A stretch of DNA of 48,055 nt from Candidatus Omnitrophota bacterium (GTDB taxonomy: Bacteria > Omnitrophota > Gorgyraeia > Gygaellales > JBFMBJ01). The DNA lies in assembly GCA_040755235.1 (NCBI GenBank), contig JBFMBJ010000001.1, forward strand, positions 1 through 48,055. The letters run 5' to 3'. Below the pieces are notes generated by a model. It was not told the DNA's origin. It saw only the letters and a program-made list of their open reading frames with translations, and did not search any database. Shown piece by piece: positions 1 through 8,355 of the stretch (its first letter is position 1; the number at the start of each line of letters is the position of its first letter). Position numbers and translations under genes: made by a program.

Positions 1-1
1 A

Positions 2-565
2 TATAGGTTTGACGGCAAGAGAATAGTAGTCGGTAGGGTTGAAAACGGCATTCTCAATAAAGGACAATCTATCAAAGCGCTACCCAGTAACCAGAATACA
101 AAAATTAAATCTATAGAGGTGTTTTTGAAAGAAAGCGTCAGAAGCTACCCGGGAGAAAGCATAGGGATTACTACTGAAGACGCCATATTTTTAGAGAGGG
201 GTAATGTAATTTGTGAGCAAGGAAAAGAACCAATTTTGACTGATAATTTCCAGGCCAATGTTTTTTGGATGGCAAAAAACAACTTTGATAAAAACGAGAG
301 AATCACATTAAGGTGCGCGACACAAGAGATTAGTTGTAGGGTAGAAAGGATAGAGGAAAGGATAGATTCTTCATCCCTTGAGGTAATAGAAAAAGATGCA
401 AATGAATTAAGATATCTTGAAGTAGGTAAGGTTATTATAAAGACTAAAAAGCCCATAGCCATAAAGGCTTTTAATGAAATGCAGGAATTGGGCAGGTTTG
501 TATTTGTGCATAATGATAACGTTTGCGCCGGCGGGATTATTACTGGAGTAGAGAGTAGAAAGTAG
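2..565 (+). CDS. cysN: Sulfate adenylyltransferase subunit 1 (CysN-type GTPase), C-terminal part; 5' end lies outside the window
   Basis: The frame is open from nt 2 (YRFDGKRIVVGRVENGILNKGQSIKALPS...). EF-Tu-like domain II/III pattern as in CysN: VFWMAK...LRCATQE...GRFVFV...VCAGGII. The stop TAG 563-565 lies inside the heptad array. Confidence 0.7.
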   Translation, partial: YRFDGKRIVVGRVENGILNKGQSIKALPSNQNTKIKSIEVFLKESVRSYPGESIGITTEDAIFLERGNVICEQGKEPILTDNFQANVFWMAKNNFDKNERITLRCATQEISCRVERIEERIDSSSLEVIEKDANELRYLEVGKVIIKTKKPIAIKAFNEMQELGRFVFVHNDNVCAGGIITGVESRK

Positions 566-576
566 CAAGTAGCGAG
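549..576. repeat. Heptad array TAGAGAG TAGAAAG TAGCAAG TAGCGAG (left flank of 4HB cassette 1)
   Basis: Four consecutive TAGNNAG units. The 7-nt period places TAG in all three + strand frames (549, 556, 563, 570). Confidence 0.9.
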
Positions 577-942
577 ATGGAAAGAAAACCAATAAAAAGC
601 GTTGAAGATTTTGAAGTTTAGCAAAAAGCTGTTGGATTATTCGAAGCTTTTTTAGAAGAAGATTTACCTATATTGAAACAGAATTTTGCTGGGAGGGCTT
701 TAGCGAATAATCAGTTAAGGAGCCTCGATTCTATATGCGCCAATATGGAAGAAGGTTACGAAAGAAAATCAGACAAAGAAATAAAAAATTTCTTTAGAAT
801 ATCTAAGGGCTCAACAGGAGAAGCAAGAGGAAGATATAAAAGATTAAAGAAAATATTACCGGAACAAATAATAAATAAACGCGTAGCTGTTCTAAATGAG
901 ATTAGAGCAATGCTTGAAGCTTTAATTAATAAATGGAAATAA
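577..942 (+). pseudogene. Four-helix-bundle protein (23S rRNA intervening-sequence protein / Avd-like family) with one in-frame TAG
   Basis: ATG 577 gives MERKPIKSVEDFEV, then TAG at 619-621, then QKAVGLFEAF...SICANMEEGYERKS...FFRISKGSTGEA in the same frame. The stop replaces the Tyr of the LEVYQ motif seen in the intact paralogs at 12996 and 14589. The ORF track only shows the TTG-started tail 673-942. Confidence 0.75.
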
Positions 943-944
943 AT

Positions 945-972
945 CTCTCTACTCTCTACTTGCTACTCGCTA
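945..972. repeat. Heptad array CTCTCTA CTCTCTA CTTGCTA CTCGCTA (right flank of 4HB cassette 1)
   Basis: Every unit is the reverse complement of TAGNNAG, so TAG falls in all three - strand frames. It forms a 23/28 imperfect inverted repeat with 549-576. Confidence 0.9.
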
Positions 973-993
973 CTTTTTTAAGAGTTTATACAT

Positions 994-2283
994 ATGGCTT
1001 ATGACACAAAAAGGACCTTTGTATTAGGCATAGATGGTTTTCCTTGTTCTTTTTTAAATGATAAATTAATCCAGGAAAAAATGCCGAAGCTTGCAAGATT
1101 ATGTAATGATAATTCCGGAAAGAGGATGAATTCCGTATATCCCACTGTTTCCTCAGTAGCCTGGACTACCTTTGCCACAGGCAAAAACCCAGCCGGGCAT
1201 AATATCTTCGGATTTGTGGACCGAACCCCTAATCCGTTTCAGATAGAAATCCCTACTGCACGAAGTAGAGGCGCTAAAACAATATGGCAGGAATTATCGC
1301 AAGTAGGGAAAAGGGTAATCGTAATAAATGTGCCCTTGACATATCCGCCAGAGAAAGTAAATGGTATTCTTACATCCTGTTTTTTGTGCACAGACATTTC
1401 CAAATCGTCATATCCTGAACGTTTCTCATCTTACCTCAAAGAAAAGGGGTATGTTATCGATGTAGATGCCAGCCTAGCCAGAGAGAATAAAAGAAAATTT
1501 ATGGACGATCTTTTCTTAGCAATGGATAAGCGTTTTGAGGTTACATTCGAATTAATGGAAAAAGAAAAGTGGGATTATTTTCAATTGCACATTATGGAAA
1601 CTGATAGGTTATTTCATTTTCTTTGGAATGACCTTCTAATGCAAGGCGAATACTATTTGGAGATTATAAATTTCCTTGGAAAATTAGATCAATATATCGA
1701 TAGACTCCAGGATAGTCTTTCTGATAAAGACCGGTTTATTATGCTTTCAGACCACGGTTTCTGCGCCACTAAATATGAAGTTCAATTGAATCGTTGGTTA
1801 GAGCGAGAAGGGTTACTAAAATTTGAAAATGGAAGCGATAGATTAGTTGACTACCATAAGGATTCACTTTGTTATTCGCTTTTGCCAGGCAGGATTTTTG
1901 TTAACTTAAAGGGGAGAGAAGAAAAAGGGACTGTTAAAGAAAGCGAATACGATTACATAAGAGGAGAAATTAGACAAAAACTCCTTAATTTTGCAGATCC
2001 GACATCAGGGGAAAAGATTATTGATAAGGTCCTTTTTCGCGAAGAGATTTATTCAGGTCCTTATATTGAAAATGCGGCTGATATTATTGCCCACCCTAAA
2101 AGAGGGTATGACTTGAAAGGAAGAATGGGAAATATTGAGACATTTGAAAAATCTCATATTAATGGAATGCATACCTATGATGATGCATTCATTGCTGCAA
2201 AAAATTTAAATATTGATTCAGTTTCATCTATTCAAGATATAAAGGATTTAATTTTGAGGGATTTATTAAATGGGTCAGAATAA
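994..2283 (+). CDS. Alkaline-phosphatase superfamily protein, type I phosphodiesterase / nucleotide pyrophosphatase-like
   Basis: GIDGFP metal-site Asp, YPTVSSVAWTTFATGKNPAGHNIFGF nucleophile region, and MLSDHGF motif. Confidence 0.7.
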   Translation: MAYDTKRTFVLGIDGFPCSFLNDKLIQEKMPKLARLCNDNSGKRMNSVYPTVSSVAWTTFATGKNPAGHNIFGFVDRTPNPFQIEIPTARSRGAKTIWQELSQVGKRVIVINVPLTYPPEKVNGILTSCFLCTDISKSSYPERFSSYLKEKGYVIDVDASLARENKRKFMDDLFLAMDKRFEVTFELMEKEKWDYFQLHIMETDRLFHFLWNDLLMQGEYYLEIINFLGKLDQYIDRLQDSLSDKDRFIMLSDHGFCATKYEVQLNRWLEREGLLKFENGSDRLVDYHKDSLCYSLLPGRIFVNLKGREEKGTVKESEYDYIRGEIRQKLLNFADPTSGEKIIDKVLFREEIYSGPYIENAADIIAHPKRGYDLKGRMGNIETFEKSHINGMHTYDDAFIAAKNLNIDSVSSIQDIKDLILRDLLNGSE

Positions 2284-4003
2284 GCCGAGAGTCATAGTAA
2301 TCGGATTAGATGGGGCAACATGGACAAATTTAAAACCATGGATGGGACAAGGATTATTACCTAATCTGAAATTCTTAGTAGATAACGGCGTAAATGGCGA
2401 ACTTAAATCAACTATACCTCCGCAATCAGCCCTTGCTTGGTCATCATTTATGACTGGAGTAAATCCAGGTAAGCATGGAATATTTGGCTTTGTTAAACCG
2501 TTCAAAGATAAACGTTACGAAACAGAGATAGTGACTTCTAGTGACATGAAGACAAAAACCATTTTTGAAATACTCTCAGATAATAAAAAGATATCTGGAG
2601 TAATAAACTTACCTATTACTTATCCACCACTTAAAATCAATGGATTTATGGTTAGTTGCGGTCTCACTACGCCGAGCGTAAATTGTAATTTTACCTATCC
2701 AGATGACCTTTTTGAAAAAAATAGGATAGAGAGAAAAGAATATATTCTTAGTTTAAGGTGGAAGAAATATTCTGAAAAACAAAAAGATAAGTTCTTTTCA
2801 GATTTAATTAAATGCGAAGGAAAAAGAAAAGAAGTGAGTTTTAAGCTTATGAATAAATATGACTGGGATTTGTTTGTAGTTGTATTCGGAGGAACCGATT
2901 GGCTTCAACATTTTTGTTGGCATTATATTGATCCTAAACATTCTAAATATAATCAAGTTGAAGCTAATAAATTCCTTCCTACTATAATAAAATATTATAC
3001 AAAAATAGATTCCATTATTGGAGAGTTTATAAGTCTTGTGGATGAAAATACATCTCTATTTATAATTTCTGACCATGGTTTTGGACCGAGGGAGAAAAGG
3101 ATTGATCTTCATAAATTACTTGAGAACGGAGGGTTTTTGCATTATAGGAAAATGTCTCGTCTGTCAGATGCTTTAGAGAAGAAAGTTAATGCAGCAATTA
3201 ATAAGATAAGGGGCACTTTGCATCGCCACTCTTTTCTTTATAGAAAAGGTAAGGTATTTGCTAAAATAATATATCGTAAGATAAAAGCAAAAACATTAAA
3301 AAATGATTTGCCCAAAGAAAATAGTAAGAGGATTCGGCCAGACATAGAAAGTTCTTACCTACGTAAGATAAATTGGCAAAGAACGTTTTTTTACTCTGGG
3401 TACCCAGATGATACTGGCTATATAAATCTTAAAGGGAGGGAACCCGAAGGAATAATAAATTCAAACGAAGAATATCAGCAAGTAAGAGAGAGGGTTATTA
3501 ATCTTATAGATAGTCTATCCAATCCGGAAAACGGGCGTAAATTGAAAGTAAAAATTTATAAAGGGGAGGAGATTTATAAAGGACCTTATGCGCGAAATGG
3601 TTACGATCTATGTTTTGATATAGAAGATGAAACTTACGATTTACGTTGTGCTGCTAATTTGAAAAATATTTTTAATGATATTAAAACAGCAACTGGTAAA
3701 CATACAAGAGATGGTATCATACTTTGCTATGGGAAAAACTTTAAAAAAGAATATTGTATAAAAGGTGCTCAGATATTAGATATAGCCCCAACCATTTTCT
3801 ACCTTCTCGGCGTTCCTCTTCCTGATTATTTTGACGGTAAGGTGTTAAAAGACGCTATTAGTAATGAATATTTAATTTATAACCCGATCGAACAACAAAA
3901 AATATTTAATGAAAATACTCTAACGGAAAGAGATAATAACACTTTAAATGAGGAAGACACAAGTAAAGTAAAAAAACGCTTAGCAGATTTAGGTTACATA
4001 TAA
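2270..4003 (+). CDS. Alkaline-phosphatase superfamily protein, type I phosphodiesterase-like (paralog of 994-2283 with a large insertion)
   Basis: VIGLDGATW, PPQSALAWSSFMTGVNPGKHGIFGF and IISDHGFG motifs. It overlaps the upstream gene by 14 nt. Confidence 0.7.
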   Translation: MGQNKPRVIVIGLDGATWTNLKPWMGQGLLPNLKFLVDNGVNGELKSTIPPQSALAWSSFMTGVNPGKHGIFGFVKPFKDKRYETEIVTSSDMKTKTIFEILSDNKKISGVINLPITYPPLKINGFMVSCGLTTPSVNCNFTYPDDLFEKNRIERKEYILSLRWKKYSEKQKDKFFSDLIKCEGKRKEVSFKLMNKYDWDLFVVVFGGTDWLQHFCWHYIDPKHSKYNQVEANKFLPTIIKYYTKIDSIIGEFISLVDENTSLFIISDHGFGPREKRIDLHKLLENGGFLHYRKMSRLSDALEKKVNAAINKIRGTLHRHSFLYRKGKVFAKIIYRKIKAKTLKNDLPKENSKRIRPDIESSYLRKINWQRTFFYSGYPDDTGYINLKGREPEGIINSNEEYQQVRERVINLIDSLSNPENGRKLKVKIYKGEEIYKGPYARNGYDLCFDIEDETYDLRCAANLKNIFNDIKTATGKHTRDGIILCYGKNFKKEYCIKGAQILDIAPTIFYLLGVPLPDYFDGKVLKDAISNEYLIYNPIEQQKIFNENTLTERDNNTLNEEDTSKVKKRLADLGYI

Positions 4004-4028
4004 GAAGAATTTAATACGAATGTGAACG

Positions 4029-5231
4029 ATGGAAGAGATAATTGACAAGTTACTTGGATCAAGGCTTAAAAAAACACAGTTTTTATTTCTGCCAGAAGAG
4101 AAATCTAACTTAGATTATGAAAAGGCTCAAGATGAATTCATTGATTATTACAGTAGAGTAGGAGGAGTTTGTTCAATATATAAATATGGAAAAGTTTCTG
4201 TTTGTGGGCTATCAGACATGGATTTTATTGTCGTTTTAGATGACAATTATAGACATAGATATGGAGTCCGATATGATATAAATTATTTTTCTCCATTAAC
4301 TCAATATTTATTGATACATCCACAATTATTTATAAGCAAGAGTCTTATGAAAAATATAGTTTTTTTTGTAGATACTTCAAATTTACAAAAGATATGGGGT
4401 GAAGAAATTATTTTTGAACAACCTACTGAACAAGAATTAAAAGCAATTGCTATCTTATTGCAGATAGATGGATTTATCTTAAGTTTACCTAAATTGGTTT
4501 TAAAACCTTTACTTGAGGAAAAAATAAATTTGAGAGCTATGATTGCAAATATAAATAGGATTAAATATGCTATTGGTAGATTAGAAAGGATCACTAATAA
4601 AAAAAATGAGATTTATAGTATTTTTGTAGAAGATTTTAGTTTATTTAGGAATTCATGGCTTAGAAACAGTAAAGATGAAAATTTAAAGTTGTTAATTATT
4701 TATCTAAAAAAGGCAATAAAAATCATTTATTCATTGATTAAGGACTTCAGCGAGGCTTTAGATAAAGAAAATTACTATAGTAGCGTATTTAAGAATCCTA
4801 GCAGACTTAATATCGGTTTTAAAGTTGCGGAAGATGTCACTTATTTTGAAAAAGACTGGGATGCATCTGGCAGTTTTAATAGTACAATAAATTTATTTTT
4901 TCAATCAAGAAGATATATGCAATTTTTACCCCTAAATTTTTCTTATCACTTATTTCAGTATACGAAAATTAATAATAAGTTCGCAAATTATATAAAGGAA
5001 AGACTATTCTTAAATCAAGATTTAGATATTAAAAGTAATAATCAATTAGAGATTAAAAAGGCAGAACTTATAAATAAGCATATTGAATTTTTAGAGAATG
5101 GCAGAATTGATGGAAATGCAATTTTCTGCCATCTGGGTTATCGTAGCAATATCAAAAGATTTCCTGGTGAATATAGATACAGCAATTATAAACGCTGGAT
5201 TGAGAGAAGATTAAATTTCATAAAGAGTTAA
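4029..5231 (+). CDS. Hypothetical protein with a possible Pol-beta-type nucleotidyltransferase motif
   Basis: A long ORF inside the operon. KYGKVSVCGLSDMDFIVVLDD resembles the G[SG]...DxD nucleotidyltransferase signature. No other family was recognised. Confidence 0.35.
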   Translation: MEEIIDKLLGSRLKKTQFLFLPEEKSNLDYEKAQDEFIDYYSRVGGVCSIYKYGKVSVCGLSDMDFIVVLDDNYRHRYGVRYDINYFSPLTQYLLIHPQLFISKSLMKNIVFFVDTSNLQKIWGEEIIFEQPTEQELKAIAILLQIDGFILSLPKLVLKPLLEEKINLRAMIANINRIKYAIGRLERITNKKNEIYSIFVEDFSLFRNSWLRNSKDENLKLLIIYLKKAIKIIYSLIKDFSEALDKENYYSSVFKNPSRLNIGFKVAEDVTYFEKDWDASGSFNSTINLFFQSRRYMQFLPLNFSYHLFQYTKINNKFANYIKERLFLNQDLDIKSNNQLEIKKAELINKHIEFLENGRIDGNAIFCHLGYRSNIKRFPGEYRYSNYKRWIERRLNFIKS

Positions 5232-5236
5232 AAGAT

Positions 5237-6415
5237 ATGGGGCATATTTCGTTATCAGAAGTTATAGTAATGGCCGCGCAAAGACAATTGTTCTTACAGA
5301 ATGAAGATGGAGGTGTGCCTCCTGGAACTAATGGGCCATGGAAAGACATAGATACTCCAGTGAGGAATACAGCTCATTGGGCTTTAATCTACTATAAAGC
5401 CTATACTATCTCGAAAGAAAATCGTTTTTTAGAGGCTTCCTTATCTGCCTGTAATTACCTTACTTCTAATAAAAGTAGACCAAATAAAGTTTCTTTTTAC
5501 TGTCTGCTGACCAAAAATAGGCCTCCGGAAAATGGTCTGATTGGGCAGGCTTGGGCTGTTGAGCCATTAATTTTTATTGGGCAAGATTTAAAGATACAAG
5601 GCTACCTAGAAACTGCGAGAGAAATATTATTGAAACATTGGTATGAGCCAAAATTGCATTTATGGCGCATTCTTCATATCGACGGCAAGATTGGAACAGT
5701 TTGTCAAACATTTAATCAGCAATTATGGTTTGCTACTATGAATTTGATTCTTGGCAAGATAACAAATGATGAAAGTATCTTAATGCATTCACGAGATTTC
5801 TTTAAAAACCTTAAAAGAAATATAAGATTTTTAAAAAAGGGGCTAATTAGACATAGGATTCCAGAGCATTTAGTAAGCGATGTAAGATCGTTTACATCTT
5901 TTAATATTAAAAAAATTTTTAATAAAAAAAATATTAAAGAAAAATATACTGCAGAAATTCTAAGAGAACGTTCTGTTGGCTATTTACCTTTTAATCTTTA
6001 TGCATTGTCTTTGGCATACAGCAATGCTCCAGAAGAAGAGTGGTGGGGCAATAGCTGGTATAGAAAGATTATTTTAGAAATAATCCAATGCATTCAAAGT
6101 AACAGATTTATTGAAGAGTCTTACAAAAACCCTTATGCTTGGAGATATAACCCGTTTGGTTTTGAGATAGCTTATTCGCTTAATGCTTTTCGAAATTTTT
6201 TAAATATTCCTTTAAGTTTTGATGTTTTGAGTTTTTGGGTTAGCAGACAGTTAGAGATGCATTGGGATTCTTCCAGTGGCCTAATGAATAAAAATACAAC
6301 CGATCCAATAACATTGTCCGCCAGGCTTTACGAAGCAACGCGATTACCTAACGTTGGATTGAATTTTAATAGTAGCTTAGGAGTGGATAATGTACAACTT
6401 GTTAAACATAAATAA
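5237..6415 (+). CDS. Hypothetical protein, possibly an (alpha/alpha)6-toroid fold (AGE / six-hairpin-like)
   Basis: A long ORF. EDGGVPPGTNGPWKDIDTPVRNTAHWALIYYKAY...FLEASLSACNYL and GLIGQAWAVEPL resemble toroid-repeat enzymes. The similarity is weak. Confidence 0.3.
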   Translation: MGHISLSEVIVMAAQRQLFLQNEDGGVPPGTNGPWKDIDTPVRNTAHWALIYYKAYTISKENRFLEASLSACNYLTSNKSRPNKVSFYCLLTKNRPPENGLIGQAWAVEPLIFIGQDLKIQGYLETAREILLKHWYEPKLHLWRILHIDGKIGTVCQTFNQQLWFATMNLILGKITNDESILMHSRDFFKNLKRNIRFLKKGLIRHRIPEHLVSDVRSFTSFNIKKIFNKKNIKEKYTAEILRERSVGYLPFNLYALSLAYSNAPEEEWWGNSWYRKIILEIIQCIQSNRFIEESYKNPYAWRYNPFGFEIAYSLNAFRNFLNIPLSFDVLSFWVSRQLEMHWDSSSGLMNKNTTDPITLSARLYEATRLPNVGLNFNSSLGVDNVQLVKHK

Positions 6416-6421
6416 ATTCTG

Positions 6422-7396
6422 ATGAAAACATTTAATTACCAAATAGAAGTTGATTGGCATATTAACGATTTTTGTAACTTCAATTGTATCTATTGCTTTG
6501 ATGCGCATGAAAAAAATGATGCCTTTATTGGCTTAGGAGATATGCCTAAAATCGTAGATGCCTTTAATAACTCGGGGCATGTTTGGTTAATCGGGATGAC
6601 AGGAGGTGAGCCTTTTTTTGTTCCTCATTTTATTGATTTATGCCTTAAACTTACAAAAAACCACTTCATAAGTATTAATACAAATTTAAGCCACAAGGAC
6701 ATTATCCTATTTGCAGAATATACAAATCCTGAAAAAGTTACTTCTGTCCATTGTAGCTTGCATATTCAGGAAAGAGAAAGACTTAATCTCGTTACAGATT
6801 TTATAAATAAATTTAAATTATTACAAAAAAAAGGGTTTAATGTTTTTGTTTCCTATTTGCTTTATCCACATTTGATAAAGAGATTCATAAAGGATTATGA
6901 ATGTTTTAAATCGGAAGGGATTATTCTTATGCCGAAAGTCTTCCGAGGAAACTGTGCAAGGTTTGAATTTATTGACTCAAAGATATTTAGTAAAATTAGG
7001 AATTTTTTCGGTAGTACTTATCCACAAGCCTATTCGTCAAAACAAAGAGAGATAATTAACCGTTTTATGGATAGGAGCATAGATGATTGGAAGACTGCCG
7101 TAAAGGCTGAGAGTGATTTACAAAAAGAAAGACTATCCGATATATGGTTCGACCGTTTTTTTGTTAATGGCCCCCCAAATTTTAAAGGAAAATTTTGTGA
7201 AGCTGGCAAAAAATTTGTGGTTATGAATACTATGGGTGATATATACCGATGCCACAGTCAGAAGGATTATCTTGGCAATATTTTTATTGAGCAGATAAAA
7301 CTATATGACAAAATAAAGCAGTGTATAGTTAGTAAATGTGGATGTCCAGCCTTCGGGTATAAGTATATTTTAGAAAAAAATAACAGTTATGCATAA
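6422..7396 (+). CDS. Radical SAM protein with a Cys-rich (SPASM-like) C-terminus
   Basis: CNFNCIYC is a CxxxCxxC cluster near the N-terminus. GGEPF motif present. C-terminal CEAGKK...YRCHS...CIVSKCGCP. Confidence 0.75.
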   Translation: MKTFNYQIEVDWHINDFCNFNCIYCFDAHEKNDAFIGLGDMPKIVDAFNNSGHVWLIGMTGGEPFFVPHFIDLCLKLTKNHFISINTNLSHKDIILFAEYTNPEKVTSVHCSLHIQERERLNLVTDFINKFKLLQKKGFNVFVSYLLYPHLIKRFIKDYECFKSEGIILMPKVFRGNCARFEFIDSKIFSKIRNFFGSTYPQAYSSKQREIINRFMDRSIDDWKTAVKAESDLQKERLSDIWFDRFFVNGPPNFKGKFCEAGKKFVVMNTMGDIYRCHSQKDYLGNIFIEQIKLYDKIKQCIVSKCGCPAFGYKYILEKNNSYA

Positions 7397-8330
7397 CCGA
7401 TTAGAAGAAAAGAAAATTATTAGTGTAATTGTGGCAACCTATAATCGTTGCCAGAATCTAAGGAATACATTAGACAGTATCTTATTCCAAGACATCACCG
7501 GGGATTTTGACTTCGAAATAATTGTCGTAGATAATAATTCTAACGATAAAACTAAAAATGTAATTGAGTATTATAGGCCTAAATTTGCTGGGAGATTGAA
7601 ATATCTCTTTGAGCCAAGGCAAGGTAAATCTTTTGCCTTAAACAAGGGAAGAGAAGAAGCAAAAGGAGAGATAATTGCTTTTACTGATGATGACTGTATA
7701 GTTAACAAAGATTGGCTAAAAAATATAAATGAAGTTTTTAAAATAAAGAATATTGATGTTCTAAGTGGCAGGGTTGAGCCGTTATTTGTGAGTCCTAAAC
7801 CTAGGTGGCTCAATGTGGATAAAATGAGGGGTCCTATTGTCTATCATCATCTGAGCGACGTGTATATAGAAAATGATAAAAAGAAAGTACGCACGTGTGG
7901 TTCTAATTTAAGTATCAAGAGGAATTCTTTCTATAAATTTGGTGGCTTTACTTATTTTGGAAGAGGCCAGGATTCTGAGCTTGGTAATAGATGGGCTAAA
8001 TTAGGTGCGAAGATTGCATATGATCCTAATCCAGTTGTTTATCATTATACGCCTGCTTCAAGATTAACTAAAAATTATTTTAGAAAGTGGTATTTCTTAT
8101 GCGGAAAACATAATTCAATGTTCGATAGGGAAGAATATACACAAGGCAGATGCTTTTTATGGATTCCATTATGGATTTATAAAAAACTGTTAATGAGCAT
8201 ATTAAGTTTTTTGAAATCGTTAAAATTAAGTAAAAGCGAAATTTTTTCTAACGAAATTTGGTTTTGGTTTACTCTTGGCGAGATATGTGGCTGTCTTGGA
8301 TTTAAAAAACTTTTAGAAGATTTAAGATAA
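7389..8330 (+). CDS. Family 2 glycosyltransferase
   Basis: ISVIVATYNRCQNLRNTLDSILFQ...IIVVDNNSNDKT and FTDDDC (DxD). Confidence 0.85.
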   Translation: MHNRLEEKKIISVIVATYNRCQNLRNTLDSILFQDITGDFDFEIIVVDNNSNDKTKNVIEYYRPKFAGRLKYLFEPRQGKSFALNKGREEAKGEIIAFTDDDCIVNKDWLKNINEVFKIKNIDVLSGRVEPLFVSPKPRWLNVDKMRGPIVYHHLSDVYIENDKKKVRTCGSNLSIKRNSFYKFGGFTYFGRGQDSELGNRWAKLGAKIAYDPNPVVYHYTPASRLTKNYFRKWYFLCGKHNSMFDREEYTQGRCFLWIPLWIYKKLLMSILSFLKSLKLSKSEIFSNEIWFWFTLGEICGCLGFKKLLEDLR

Positions 8331-8355
8331 GATGTATTAAAAAGTCAAAAGTTAT

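Noticed and set aside
619-621. TAG reassigned as a sense codon
   Set aside because: TAG terminates well-supported genes in the same window (cysN at 563, the GT4-GT4 fusion at 12907, GT4 at 14546, GT2 at 21535). A genome-wide recoding is therefore unlikely.
145-624. 159-aa minus-strand ORF antisense to cysN, and similar antisense ORFs at 8553-8945, 10923-11429, 12417-12695, 28245-28640, 39323-39700 and 47184-47718
   Set aside because: Each lies fully inside a well-supported gene on the other strand, has no recognisable motif and is low-complexity. These are shadow ORFs.
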